Below are positions 1 to 11,112 of a stretch of 64,000 nucleotides of DNA, piece by piece. Position 1 is the stretch's first letter; every line of letters begins with the position of its first letter. The notes beneath the pieces are model-generated. The model was not told where the DNA came from, searched no databases, and saw nothing but the letters and a program-made list of their open reading frames with translations. The stretch comes from an uncultured Verrucomicrobiae bacterium (GTDB lineage Bacteria; Verrucomicrobiota; Verrucomicrobiia; Chthoniobacterales; UBA10450): positions 64,001 through 128,000 of the forward strand of contig CAWDGJ010000006.1 in the NCBI GenBank assembly GCA_963801815.1. The letters run 5' to 3'. A program made the position numbers and the translations under genes.

Positions 1-152
1 ACGCCTGCAATCGCCGGTTCGAGGGCCTTGCATTCGTCCGAGATCACAAGGGTCACGTGTGCGTCGGGAAATTTTTGCCGCACCGCCACGATCGCCGGCG
101 TGGTGAGAATCAAGTCCCCGATACGCTTGAGTTGAATCAGTAGGATCTTCAA
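1..152 (-). CDS. Glycosyltransferase family 9 (LPS heptosyltransferase-like), 5' part only
   Basis: Manual translation from TTG at 152: MKILLIQLKRIGDLILTTPAIVAVRQKFPDAHV, a typical GT9 N-terminus; runs off the window edge. Confidence 0.8.
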   Translation of the reverse strand, partial: MKILLIQLKRIGDLILTTPAIVAVRQKFPDAHVTLVISDECKALEPAIAG

Positions 153-338
153 TAGTTTGTAGCTGCGGCGCTCTATGACTGTCGCATTATTGTCAGGTTC
201 TGCTTTGCTCGATCTCCAGATCGAAAATTTCACCGATGAACGGGCCAATCCCTCCATTTCTGTAAAAAAATCGGAAGGGTTGCGAACGTTTCATCGAGTC
301 TACGAAGTCGGTCGGGCATGGAATCCATCATGCGGCGG

Positions 339-1604
339 TCATAGACCGCCGCTACAGAGTTGGATGGCGCGTTCGTAAGCGCCTAACAAACGCATCCGGT
401 AATGGTCCCACGTGAAATTCTCTACCACCCGCTGCCGCGCGGCTGCCCCCATGCTCGCGGCAATCTCGGGATGTCGATACAGGTGCTCGAGTGCCGTCGA
501 GATGGCATCGACATCTCCAGGTTGAATGATGATTCCTTCCACGCCGTCGCGCACGACGTCGCCCGCTTCCCGCGTCGTGATCATCGGCAATCCGCACGCC
601 GCCGATTCATAAATCGTTTTCGCGCTGCCCTCGAGTCGCGATGGAAAAACATAGACCGATCCCTGGTTCAGATAATTCTCGAGATCGCGCTTGAAACCGA
701 GAACGCGAATATTGTCGCGCCAAAATTTCTTCAGGTATGGTTTGGCTTCGTCATGGACGCTGCCAAGCAGCCAGAGCTCCGCATCGCGCAGGTTCAATCT
801 GTGCCAGGCTTCGAGCAAATGATGAATTCCTTTGCGCTCAATCAACGCGCCGGAAAAAATGGCGCGAAAAATTGGCGGCCGCGCGCCGGGCTGAAATCTT
901 TCGGTATCAACACCGCGCGGTAGATAGAAGAGTTTTTCATCCGGAAAGTTTGCGGCACGAAACGATTCGGCGGCCTTTTCTGAAAGAACGACCACCAGGG
1001 TTGCGAGATCGTATTCTTCCAGAAACCTTTCCCGCTCCAGCAACAAGCGCGATTTCCACCTTCCTCTGACCTGTGACCTGTGACCTGTGATCTCTGATGT
1101 TTGTCCTCTGACCTCTGTCCTCTGGCTTCCTCGATGCCAGGTGGGGATTTCGATCAGCGATGGGATGTTCCTCCTTTTTGCGACTCGCAGCGTTTTCAGG
1201 CAATCTCCTGACCAACTGTGAAAAAAGTCATAGCGACCGGTTTCCAGGTGACGGGACGCAATCCAGTCGAGGTATTTTTTCTTCGCTCCATAATAATAAG
1301 GGCGTCCGACAAACGAGATCAGCCGGACCGGATGCCAGCGAAGCGATTGGATGAATTGCGCTGGGATTTCTTTCTGGCGATTGTCGTAGGCGACGGCTTT
1401 TCCGAGAAACTTTCCACGATAAGACGCGCGCAAAGCTTCAAAGGAATCGGTATCAAGCCCGTGGCCGCCGATTCGCGCGAAAATCGAGTAGAGCAAACTC
1501 TTTGGCAAGATACGGGGTGTGCCGACGGTGCCTGGTTGTTTTTGTGTCATGTCGAGCGGAGTCGAGACATCTCTCATTATTTCTGAATCCTGAGTCATTT
1601 TCAC
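339..1604 (-). CDS. Glycosyltransferase family 4 (true start probably near 1508)
   Basis: GT-B motifs FSGALIERKGIHHLLEAW, VFPSRLEG, ESAACGLPMITT; the extended N-terminus overlaps a palindromic repeat. Confidence 0.85.
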   Translation of the reverse strand: MKMTQDSEIMRDVSTPLDMTQKQPGTVGTPRILPKSLLYSIFARIGGHGLDTDSFEALRASYRGKFLGKAVAYDNRQKEIPAQFIQSLRWHPVRLISFVGRPYYYGAKKKYLDWIASRHLETGRYDFFHSWSGDCLKTLRVAKRRNIPSLIEIPTWHRGSQRTEVRGQTSEITGHRSQVRGRWKSRLLLERERFLEEYDLATLVVVLSEKAAESFRAANFPDEKLFYLPRGVDTERFQPGARPPIFRAIFSGALIERKGIHHLLEAWHRLNLRDAELWLLGSVHDEAKPYLKKFWRDNIRVLGFKRDLENYLNQGSVYVFPSRLEGSAKTIYESAACGLPMITTREAGDVVRDGVEGIIIQPGDVDAISTALEHLYRHPEIAASMGAAARQRVVENFTWDHYRMRLLGAYERAIQLCSGGL

Positions 1605-1672
1605 CCCGATTTGGTCTGAAATATTCAGAGATTCCTCGACTTCGCTCGGAATGACAAGAATGGTTAGAATTC

Positions 1673-2829
1673 ATGTCGAACGGCAAACTCAGGATCGCTT
1701 TCGCGCGTCGTGGCTATTCGCCGACCGGCGGTGCGGAGGCTTATTTGAAGCGGCTTGGCCAGGGGATTGCCGATCTTGGACACGAGGCGCAGCTAATCGT
1801 TACGAACGGGTGGCCGGCCAGCGAATGGACATTCGGCCCAATTTATCGCGTTCGCGCCGAATCGCCAATCTCGTTCGCCAATGAGCTCGAGGAACGTCGA
1901 TCACAAATCGAGTGGGATGTTCTAATGAGCCTCGAGCGCGTCTGGCGTTGCGATGTTTATCGCGCCGGTGACGGTGTGCATAAGGCCTGGCTCAATCGCC
2001 GCCAAAAATTCGAGATGCCGCTCCAACGATTCATTCGTGGAATAAACCGCAAACATCAGGACATTCTGAAGCTCGAGGCATCGCTTTTCGGGAAATCAGG
2101 CGCCGATCGCGTGATCGCCAATTCTGAAATGGTGAAACGCGAGATCGTCGACCTTTACGGTTATTCCGCGGATAAGATCGATATCGTTCGTAATGGTGTG
2201 CCGTCTGAAAGATTCCGGTTTGACCCCGCGCTGCGAGAGAAGTCCCGGTCGGAGTTGAGTATCAAATCCGATGAAATCGTGCTGCTCTTCGCTGGCTCGG
2301 GTTGGGAACGCAAAGGTCTTCGTTTTGCCATCGAAGCATTCGAGCTCTCTCAGGACCGCGGCTTGCGAATGCTCGTCGCCGGCCGGGGGGATGTGCGCGG
2401 TTACAGGCCGAAACGGTTTTTCACAAAGGAACCGGTGCGTTTTCTCGGAGAGGTAGCCGACCTTCGCCCGATCTACGCCGCGGCTGATATTTTCATTTTG
2501 CCGAGCATTTACGATCCGTTTTCAAACGCGTGTCTTGAAGCTCTCGCGTCTGGATTGCCGGTAATCACCACTCGCGATAACGGTTTTAGCGAGGTTATTG
2601 AAAACGACGTTCACGGTTCGGTTGTCGATCTTTCCGAGCAACGTCATTGCACTCCGCAATGCGATCCGGTTCTGGGCCGACGAACTCTCGTCGCTCGGCC
2701 GCGAGAGCGACAACCGCTGAGCGGGCAGGGCAGTTCGACATTTCAACGAATGTTTCCGCGACCCTAGGAATTCTGGTTCAGTCCGCAGCCAACAGGCCGT
2801 CGTCACGCGGATCGATGACGAACACCTGA
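1673..2829 (+). CDS. Glycosyltransferase family 4 (WaaG/RfaG-like), apparent frameshift near 2635
   Basis: GGAEAYL, GSGWERKGL, LPSIYDPFSNACLEALASGLPVITT; the C-terminus continues in the 2647..2829 frame (AERAGQFDISTNVSATL). Confidence 0.8.
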
Positions 2830-3098
2830 TCGAGTCGCGCCATTCTGAAAATCGATCGAACGTCGTCGGTGATGCCGCTAAGGAGTAGCCGGCCACCGTA
2901 TTCCTGGACGTTTTGCAGGGCGTGAATCAGGACGGCTAAGCCGGAACTATCGATGAATGTGACTCCGGAAAGATCGACCACCACTTGCTTCGGACGTTTG
3001 GCGATTAGCGAAGTCAGTAATTGCTCTACATCCGGCGAAACGTGAAGATCAATCTCGCCGTTAAGCGAGAGCACGTTCGCCGAATCGAACAACGCCAT
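2778..3098 (-). CDS. STAS-domain anti-sigma factor antagonist
   Basis: LNGEIDL...VVVDLSGVTFIDSSGLAVLI motif. Confidence 0.9.
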   Translation of the reverse strand: MALFDSANVLSLNGEIDLHVSPDVEQLLTSLIAKRPKQVVVDLSGVTFIDSSGLAVLIHALQNVQEYGGRLLLSGITDDVRSIFRMARLDQVFVIDPRDDGLLAAD

Positions 3099-3165
3099 TC
3101 GATCCCAATTTGCAGCACAATTTGTTCCGAAACAGGACCTTAATGTTGCCGAACGTGACTTTAAT

Positions 3166-3486
3166 TTACTTCGCGGCCAGCGCCGTATCGACGTCCGGAT
3201 AAATCTCGAACACCTGATCGAGTCGCGCAATGTCGAATACGTGTTTCACGTCTTCCCGAACGCCGGCCAGGCCGAACCTGCCGCCGTATTGCTGAACATT
3301 TTGCATTCCTTCGATCAGCACGGCGAGACCGGAGCTGTCGACGTATGTCACTTTCGTGAAATCGACGATTATCTGTTTGGTTTTTTTCGCGATCAACGCG
3401 CGCAATGATTCCGCAACTGCAGGCGAAACGTGGAGGTCGATCTCGCCAGTGAGCGGCAATACATTTGGTGGTTGTTTTCGTGGCAT
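3166..3486 (-). CDS. STAS-domain anti-sigma factor antagonist (tandem paralogue)
   Basis: LTGEIDL...IIVDFTKVTYVDSSGLAVLI motif. Confidence 0.9.
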   Translation of the reverse strand: MPRKQPPNVLPLTGEIDLHVSPAVAESLRALIAKKTKQIIVDFTKVTYVDSSGLAVLIEGMQNVQQYGGRFGLAGVREDVKHVFDIARLDQVFEIYPDVDTALAAK

Positions 3487-3538
3487 AGATTCAGAAAGTA
3501 GAGTAACTCGCATTGTTTTCCCCAAGATCGCCGGCCGA

Positions 3539-4262
3539 TCACCAGCCGAGCGTATTTATTAGACGGTCAACGTCGGAAAAATCATCAATCAAAATGTCGG
3601 GATGATGTTCTGAGAGTTTTTCACGACTCCAACTGCCCGTCGCCACGGCGATCGTGCGCGCGCCGAGCGCTTTCCCGCAGGCGATATCGCGGGGCGTGTC
3701 GCCGATGACGTCAATCTCATCCGCGGAAAATTCGCGGCCATGCTTCTCCTTTGCTCGTGCGCGGGCGAAGGGCCCGAGCTGGTTGCGGTCGTGATGATCG
3801 TCAGCGAACGCACCGAACTCGAAGAAATGCCAGACTCCGTAATGACCAAGCTTTAACCGTGCACCGCGGGAGACGTTGCCGGTCAACAACGCCAGCACGA
3901 CGTGTTTTCGCGTTTTCAATTTCTCGAGCAGCTCAAGAACGCCTGGAAGTAAATTGCCTTTGCGCCGCGGCAGTTCGAGGGAAAGAAAGTGCACGTAGCT
4001 GTCGAGGAACGCCGCGATGTTCTCCGCGGTTGTCGGAATTTGGTGCTTCTTCAAAATGCTGGTGACGATGCCTGAATCGGTCATGCCAGCGATCTCGATG
4101 TCGTCGGAGATCGTCATCGATTTTGAAACGCTCCTTCAAGGCGCGCTTGAGCGCCTCGACTCCGGCGCCGCCGGAATGAATCAGCGTGCCGTCGATGTCG
4201 AAAAGAAGTAGACGCTTCGTAATTGCGGATTGCCGATTGCGGATTGCGGATTTATTGACCAC
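3539..4262 (-). CDS. HAD-superfamily phosphatase, apparent frameshift near 4112
   Basis: Motif I LLLFDIDGTL in the 3933..4262 frame; LLTGN and IGDTPRDI in the 3539..4117 frame. Confidence 0.85.
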
Positions 4263-4468
4263 GACTCGCGCAGATTAATGCGGATTAGTTGTAGGGCAAC
4301 CGCTCCGGTTGCCGTGTTTCAGGTTCACCATCGATCGTGTCTACCTCTACTTCCACCTCTCACGCTTAGCCTGGAAAGATGGACGAAGATGAACAGTAGG
4401 CGGAGAGGAACATTGCCTGCGTGCGGTCGTTGACCGCCTTGCCACCGCACCAGCATAGTGCGGCTTTC

Positions 4469-6266
4469 ATGGCAATCGAACTGACGCGCAACTTCTGCAT
4501 CATCGCGCACATCGATCACGGCAAAACGACGTTGTCGGATCGATTGCTCGAGAGCACGGGCACGATCCACGAGCGGGACAAGACAGGACCAGCTGCTCGA
4601 TTCAATGGACTTGGAACGCGAGCGCGGGATCACGATCAAGGCGCATCCGGTCGCGATGAAATATCGCGCGAAGGATGGACAGACATATCGATTGAACCTT
4701 CTGGACACGCCGGGCCACGTCGATTTTGCCTACGAAGTTTCACGATCACTGGCCGCGTGTGAAGGCGCTCTGTTGATTGTCGATGCAGCACAAGGCGTCG
4801 AAGCGCAAACCGTCGCGAATGTGCATCTCGCGCACAAGCAAGGGCTTACCATCGTACCGGTGATCAATAAGATCGATTTGCCCAACGCCGATGTCCCATC
4901 AGTGCACCGGCAACTGGAAGAGATTCTCGCAATCCCGTCAGAGGAAGCGATCCACGCCAGCGCAAAAATGGGGACCGGCATCGATGAAATTTTGGAAGCG
5001 ATCGTGCACCGGATTCCGCCGCCGAAAACGCCGACAGACGAAACGTTGCGTGCGCTGGTGTTCGATTCCGTGTTCGACGTTTATCGCGGTGTCGTTGGCT
5101 ACGTGCGCGTCGTGTCCGGAACGATGGAAGCGAATCACGCGATCAAAATGATGAGCAACGACGCGCGGTACGAAATCAAGGAAGTGGGTGTGTTCACGCC
5201 GAAGATGTTCGTCCAACCGGGGCTGAGCGCGGGGGACGTCGGTTATTTCATTGCCAACATCAAGACCACCGCCGACATGAAAATCGGCGACACGATCACC
5301 GATCAACGAAATCCAGCGAAGGTTCCGCTCCCAGGGTTCCAGGAAATTCATCCGATGGTGTTTAGCGGCATCTATCCGATCAATACCGGCGACTTCGAAC
5401 ACTTGAAAACAGCAATCGGGAAGCTGCGGTTGAACGACTCGGCGTTTATTTACACGCCGGAAAGCTCGGTCGCGCTTGGATTTGGATTTCGCTGCGGATT
5501 TCTAGGACTGCTGCACATGGAAATCATCCAGGAGCGATTGCGCCGTGAATACAACATGGACATCATTGCGACGAGCCCGAGCGTGGTCTACGAGGTTGTG
5601 ACAACGCGAGGTGAAACGCTGCTTATCGATAATCCCGCGCACTTGCCCGATCCGAGTCTAGTCAAAGAGATTCGCGAACCAATCGTGAAGGCGTATGTGC
5701 TTTGTCCGAACGAAAACATCGGCGACATCCTGCAATTGATTTTGGAAAAGCGCGGAGCGATGGACCACACTGAGACGCTCGATTCACGTCGTGTGATGCT
5801 TCACTGCGAGCTGCCGCTTAACGAGATCCTCGTCGATTTTAACGACAAGATTAAATCGATCACCCGCGGTTATGGTTCGATGGATTATGAACACGCTGGC
5901 TATCGGGCGGCGAAACTGGTGAAGCTCGATTTACTGGTCAACGGCGAACCGGTCGATGCGTTTTCGATGATTGTGCACAAGGATCGCGCGGAGGCGAGGG
6001 GACGCCAGCTCGCGGCGAAATTAAAGGAAGTCATTCCCCGGCAACTTTACCAGGTGGCGATCCAGGCGGCGATTGGCGGAAAAGTAATTGCGCGAGAGAA
6101 CGTTTCGGCCTTGCGAAAAAACGTAACCGCGAAATGCTACGGCGGCGACATCACCCGCAAACGAAAGTTGTTGGAAAAACAAAAAGAAGGAAAGAAGCGA
6201 ATGAAGAGCATCGGCAAGATCAACATTCCGCAGGAAGCCTTTATTGAGGTACTCAAAGCTCAGTGA
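4469..6266 (+). CDS. lepA: Translation elongation factor 4 (LepA), apparent frameshift near 4585
   Basis: [22 protein letters not shown] then [45 protein letters not shown]. Confidence 0.97.
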
Positions 6267-6421
6267 CCTGAGCTTTGAAATGTCGAAATCCGAATGACGA
6301 ATGACAAAGGAAATCTCGAATGACTAAATCGGTAAGAAAAGTGCAACAAAGTTTTTCATTTTCGCTATTCGTGCTTGTTTCGACATTCGAAATTCGACAT
6401 TCGTGCTTAGGCATTTAGCTC

Positions 6422-7627
6422 ATGTTCACTTCGCGCTACGTCAAACACAGCAAGCTATTGATGCGTCATGCCCAGAAATATCTGCGCTACAAACGTGATA
6501 CCCTGGACTCGGCGAACTACGACGAAGTCGGCGGCATGATCAGGCGGCTGCATGCGGCGTTGAAACAGCGCGATCGAAAACAGATCGAAGCCTGCGCTGA
6601 AGAGCTCGATGCCAAACTGCACCAGCTGACACCGGTGACGTGGGAATCCCACTGGCGCGAGAACGTCGAAGTCATCCTCGTCGCCATCGTGGTCGCAGTC
6701 GGGATCCGTTCCTATTTTCTACAGCCGTTCAAAATTCCAACCGGCTCGATGCAGCCGACGCTTAACGGAATTATCGGACGCCCAATGGCTGCGCCGCCAC
6801 CAAATATGTTGCGGCAAGTGGCGGAGTTCATCCTTCGCGGTCGAAATTACATCAACGTCGTCTCGCAGCAGGACGACCAGGTGCTGCAAATCGAGCAGAA
6901 GAAGTTTTTCTTTTTCTTCACCTGGTCGCGAATTATCTGCGAGCGTCAGCGTTTTCTGGTCTACTGTCCGCCGGATCAGCTCCGTGCGGATTTCAAAGTT
7001 GCCCCGGGCATTCAATATCGACGCGGCGAAGTGATTGCGCGCGGCGCGGTCGACACTGGTGACCAGGTTTTTGTCGACAAGTTCAGCTACAATTTCGTGA
7101 AGCCACATCGCGGTGACGTCATCGTTTTTCGGACGAAAAATATTCCCATGATTCCCGAAGATCCCGAGACGGGTGCTCCGTTTTACATTAAGCGATTGGC
7201 CGGATTGCCTGGCGACACACTGCGGATCCAGCCGCCGATGCTCTATGCGAACGATCAAGTCGCGCCAGGCTATGGATTCGGTCGGGTGATGAGCGCGAAG
7301 AATGGCTACCGCGGTTATTCCGATGGTCCACTCAACGTGAATATTTTAGAGCAACAGTTCCAGGAGGTTGTTCGAAACAAGGAGCGGGCGCTAAGAAGCG
7401 GATCGGATGCATCCCGGTTTCTGAAAGAGGAGCAGGATGTTCGCGCAAAGTTGGAATTTGCCGAGGGAAAGCGTCCGATCCCGCAAGGATCTTATTTCGC
7501 AATGGGCGACAACAGCTACAACAGCTTTGACAGCCGTTATTGGGGACCGGTGCCGGAAAAAAACCTCGTGGGGCGCGGACTGTTTGTTTATTGGCCATTC
7601 ATTCCGCACTGGGGACTCATTCGTTGA
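6422..7627 (+). CDS. lepB: Signal peptidase I
   Basis: PFKIPTGSMQPTL, YIKRLAGLPGD, MGDNSYNSFDSRYWG; follows lepA. Confidence 0.93.
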   Translation: MFTSRYVKHSKLLMRHAQKYLRYKRDTLDSANYDEVGGMIRRLHAALKQRDRKQIEACAEELDAKLHQLTPVTWESHWRENVEVILVAIVVAVGIRSYFLQPFKIPTGSMQPTLNGIIGRPMAAPPPNMLRQVAEFILRGRNYINVVSQQDDQVLQIEQKKFFFFFTWSRIICERQRFLVYCPPDQLRADFKVAPGIQYRRGEVIARGAVDTGDQVFVDKFSYNFVKPHRGDVIVFRTKNIPMIPEDPETGAPFYIKRLAGLPGDTLRIQPPMLYANDQVAPGYGFGRVMSAKNGYRGYSDGPLNVNILEQQFQEVVRNKERALRSGSDASRFLKEEQDVRAKLEFAEGKRPIPQGSYFAMGDNSYNSFDSRYWGPVPEKNLVGRGLFVYWPFIPHWGLIR

Positions 7628-7720
7628 ATGAAAGGCGCCAATTTCAAAATCCCAAATCCCAAGCTCCAATCAAATCCCAAAGTTCGATTACCTAAAGCAA
7701 CGCGATTGCTCCTTTGAAGT

Positions 7721-8977
7721 TTGATGATTGGAGTTTGCCTGGGGTTTGGTTATTGGGGTTTGGTGCTTTTGCTGCCGCCGGTATTCGCGCTTGCTGAAAT
7801 CGGACACGACCTGTCGCGATGGTATCCGCTCGTCGGCTTTTTAGGCGGCTATATCATCGTTCTACTTTTTAATCCTATTCGCCTCGCGTTACGCGACGGA
7901 TTCCGGTGCATCCTTCGCTACAAACGGATTTGGGCTACCTTCGTCTTGCTCGGATTTGCCTATTCCGTTTTCCAGTTTTGGACGTTCACTCCGCTTGGAA
8001 GCCTGGCCGAAGTGGATCTCACGCAGATCTTCTCACTTGCGAACTGGCATTGGCCGACGTTCCTGGAGATTTGGCAGGAAGCACCGTTACCGGCATTGGA
8101 AGGTGTCGCTGGAATTTTCGATAACGCGACAACGACCTATCCGCTTTCGGCAATCGCGGCGGTCTTGATGTTACTGAACTGGCGCGGCTTGCACGGCGCG
8201 CTGGTGCGAGCGTTGCATAAGCGTTTTCGCGTTTTCGGTTATCTCCTCTATTTGATTTTGCTTTTCAGCGCGATCGCCGCCTTGCTCAAGCCGGTCATCT
8301 ATTGGGCGCTGCCATTATGGGGCGGACTCCTGCCGGCGGCGGAGTTATTACAAACGTCCGCCGGCATCGACGCGTTGGCATTTATCTTTGAATATCTCTT
8401 CGGCGTTTACATTCAGGTTTATCTGATTGCGGTCTGCTTCGCCTGGATCCGTGGATTAAGTTTCGAAGAAGGAGAACTGTTTCGCTTTGCGATGCGGCGG
8501 TTCAGTTATGTTTTGGAATGGGCAGGCATTGTCGTCCTAATCAGCACGTTGATCGTGCGTTTGCCCCTGCTGCTCGCCTATTTCATGAACATTCCCGATG
8601 TGCTGGATTATCTTCCGATCGAACGTGTGGTCATGTGCGCCTTGATCATCGCTTTTAGCTCAGTCCAGATCTCGCTCGCATTGCATAATGAGACGCTGCG
8701 CGAAGCAATCCGCGCCCATCGCGATTTCATTAAGAATAATTTTGGTCGCTTCAGCTGGTTCCTCCTCATTTGCGGCATCCACTTTTTCATTTTGACGGTG
8801 GCGGACGCGATCGTGCGCGGCGCCATTGCCGATCGCGTCGTTGCAATGATCATCTGGAAATCGCTATTTGTTTTTGGGCGCGGCTTTGTGACCGGCTGGT
8901 TGCTGGCTTCCTGGGTCTGCCTGTTCCGGCGCGGTGAAACCGGTCACGTCTATCAACAAACCTGGATTGAATATTAG
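7721..8977 (+). CDS. Polytopic membrane protein, unknown function
   Basis: Long hydrophobic ORF with many TM-like segments; start uncertain. Confidence 0.7.
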   Translation: MMIGVCLGFGYWGLVLLLPPVFALAEIGHDLSRWYPLVGFLGGYIIVLLFNPIRLALRDGFRCILRYKRIWATFVLLGFAYSVFQFWTFTPLGSLAEVDLTQIFSLANWHWPTFLEIWQEAPLPALEGVAGIFDNATTTYPLSAIAAVLMLLNWRGLHGALVRALHKRFRVFGYLLYLILLFSAIAALLKPVIYWALPLWGGLLPAAELLQTSAGIDALAFIFEYLFGVYIQVYLIAVCFAWIRGLSFEEGELFRFAMRRFSYVLEWAGIVVLISTLIVRLPLLLAYFMNIPDVLDYLPIERVVMCALIIAFSSVQISLALHNETLREAIRAHRDFIKNNFGRFSWFLLICGIHFFILTVADAIVRGAIADRVVAMIIWKSLFVFGRGFVTGWLLASWVCLFRRGETGHVYQQTWIEY

Positions 8978-8996
8978 CTGGGGCGAATCTTAAATC

Positions 8997-9845
8997 GTGA
9001 ACGCGACGAAAATTACTCAAGCGAGCAAATCCAACCTCGCACTCGCGTTCATTTCTCTCGGCCGCGAGCGCCGGCGCGACATAACCATCTTTTATGCTTT
9101 TTGCCGGGTGATCGACGATATCGCCGACGACGTCGATCTCCCTGTTGAGGAAAAGAAGCGGCGCTTGATTGAATGGAGACAATGGCTGCGCGGGACCGGC
9201 CCTGACGAGTCGTCGTTGGCCGCGGAAGTACGGGGTTTGATGAAGAAGTACTCGCTCGGTCCGGAGATGTTTGAGGAAATTATCGCCGGCGTGGAAATGG
9301 ATCTTGCCATCCAGCGTTATCAAACCTTCGACGAACTGCGGGTTTACTGTTATCGGGTGGCCAGCGCCGTAGGTTTGGTCAGCATCGAGATTTTCGGTTA
9401 CCGCAATGTGGCGTGTAAGGAGTATGCCATTCAGCTCGGCCTCGCTTTGCAAACGACGAATATTATTCGCGACGTGGCAAAGGATTTGCGCGCCGGGCGT
9501 GTTTACCTGCCACTGGAGGATCTCACGCGCTTCAATTATTCTGAAAAGAACCTGCAAGATCGACAATATGACGATCGTTTTGTGCGCCTGATGCAATTTG
9601 AAGCGGACCGGGCCCGGCAGTTCTTCGCTGGCGCCTCCGGGATTTTACCGCCGGAAGACCGCCGCTCGATGGTCGCGGCCGAAATAATGGCGTCCATTTA
9701 CCGCGGCTTGTTGCGGAGAATGGAGCTGGACAAATTTCGAGTATTTGAAAAAGAATACGCCCTGAACAAATTGGAAAAGGCCGGACGGATCACGGGGCAG
9801 CTACTCAAGCTTTTTTTAAATGAGCGGAATGCGCCATCCGTCTGA
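8997..9845 (+). CDS. hpnD: Squalene/phytoene synthase family (HpnD-like)
   Basis: YAFCRVIDDIADD, YCYRVASAVG, LQTTNIIRDVAKD, GRVYLP. Confidence 0.8.
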   Translation: MNATKITQASKSNLALAFISLGRERRRDITIFYAFCRVIDDIADDVDLPVEEKKRRLIEWRQWLRGTGPDESSLAAEVRGLMKKYSLGPEMFEEIIAGVEMDLAIQRYQTFDELRVYCYRVASAVGLVSIEIFGYRNVACKEYAIQLGLALQTTNIIRDVAKDLRAGRVYLPLEDLTRFNYSEKNLQDRQYDDRFVRLMQFEADRARQFFAGASGILPPEDRRSMVAAEIMASIYRGLLRRMELDKFRVFEKEYALNKLEKAGRITGQLLKLFLNERNAPSV

Positions 9846-9869
9846 GTCACCGAAACCGTAACTATTAAT

Positions 9870-10175
9870 ATGAAGAAATATTTAGCGCTCGTTTCAGCAT
9901 TGTTGGTCACATCTTTAACGCTTGCCCCCCTCACTAAAGTCTACGCCCTGGGTGAGGCCGAGAAAGCCGTCGTAGTGTCGCCAGAAGACGCCGCGAAGAA
10001 ATATCCGTTGCCAAAAGGGAAGGATTATCCAATGGGCAATTATGAGGCGTTTGCCAGTAGCACGGGTGGTTTTGTGCGAAGTCCGTATTCCAGCCGCGTC
10101 TACGACTGCCGAAAAGTTGGACACGGAGCGCTGATCCTGGATGAAGGCGCGAAGAAGCTTTTCCGCGCCCCGTAA
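9870..10175 (+). CDS. Secreted hypothetical protein
   Basis: Signal peptide; C-terminal GFVRSPYSSRVYD...KLFRAP domain. Confidence 0.7.
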   Translation: MKKYLALVSALLVTSLTLAPLTKVYALGEAEKAVVVSPEDAAKKYPLPKGKDYPMGNYEAFASSTGGFVRSPYSSRVYDCRKVGHGALILDEGAKKLFRAP

Positions 10176-10258
10176 TCCTGCGGTAAGTCGTCAAAATTGT
10201 TGGTGCGGCGAAACATTATTTCGCTGGCACGGTTCAATGGGCTGACGAAGGAACATCT

Positions 10259-10648
10259 ATGAACAAGAAATTTTTCACCATTATTTGCGGCGGAGCACTC
10301 GCTGCGTTCGCCCTTGATTCGTGCGATACGCCTACCGGCCAGGGGGCGGCGGCCGGCGCTGGCGCTGGCGCAATTATTGGTGGTTTGGCCGGTGGCGGCC
10401 CACGAAGCGCGGCCATCGGAGCGGCGATTGGCGCCGCCAGCGGCGCGCTGATTGGGCATGCCATTCAGGAAGACCGCGCGCGCCAGTACGGGCCGCCGCC
10501 TGAGGGTGGTTATCCGTATGCCAGACCGGCGAATGGACCGGGAATGTTCCGCAGTCCCTACACCGGACGCGTTTACGATTTACGCGGCGTGCCCCCGGGT
10601 GGATTGACCCGCGACGTTGATACCGGGCAATTGTTCCGGCGACCGTAA
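10259..10648 (+). CDS. Glycine-zipper lipoprotein
   Basis: Signal peptide with Cys (LDSC), GAAAGAGAGAIIGG glycine zipper, C-terminal RSPYTGRVYD domain. Confidence 0.8.
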   Translation: MNKKFFTIICGGALAAFALDSCDTPTGQGAAAGAGAGAIIGGLAGGGPRSAAIGAAIGAASGALIGHAIQEDRARQYGPPPEGGYPYARPANGPGMFRSPYTGRVYDLRGVPPGGLTRDVDTGQLFRRP

Positions 10649-10669
10649 TTCGAAAATCGATTATCTAAT

Positions 10670-10710
10670 ACGCGTTGGTCCTGCGCTCGCGGGATCAACG
10701 CGTTTTCTTT
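10670..10710 (+). terminator. Rho-independent terminator
   Basis: ACGCGTTGGTCCTGCG-CT-CGCGGGATCAACGCGT hairpin followed by a T-rich tract. Confidence 0.6.
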
Positions 10711-10873
10711 TGTCGATACTATGGCGAGTCCCGGTCACGGCCCGGGCTGAGTGTGGACGCCGGTGTGCTCTTTAGCATGGTTTAAATCGCAAAACAGCTT
10801 TTAGGCTTGCTCTCGCTGGGACTCGTCGCTAAAACGTTGCCGACGAAATGAATTCGGGAGAGCCGGTTCGGGC

Positions 10874-11065
10874 ATGAAGGCACAAATCCCAAACATCAAT
10901 GTAGTCCGGTCCGCTTGGCACCGAGTCAAGAAAGAGATAAAGGACGCCATAATTCGTGACCTGAAGCCAGTAAAAGACATCAAAGGTGGTGGCGCTACTG
11001 CGGGTAAATCCAAATCCACCACAGGCGGCACTGGCACCACAGGTACTCCTGGTAGCCACAAATAG
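10874..11065 (+). CDS. Small basic hypothetical protein
   Basis: ATG-started 63 aa ORF in an otherwise empty gap; IIRDLKPVKDIKGG motif. Confidence 0.45.
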   Translation: MKAQIPNINVVRSAWHRVKKEIKDAIIRDLKPVKDIKGGGATAGKSKSTTGGTGTTGTPGSHK

Positions 11066-11112
11066 GGTTTACCAAATTCTTCAGCCGCTCGCCGCTGCGC
11101 GGCAAAGCATCG

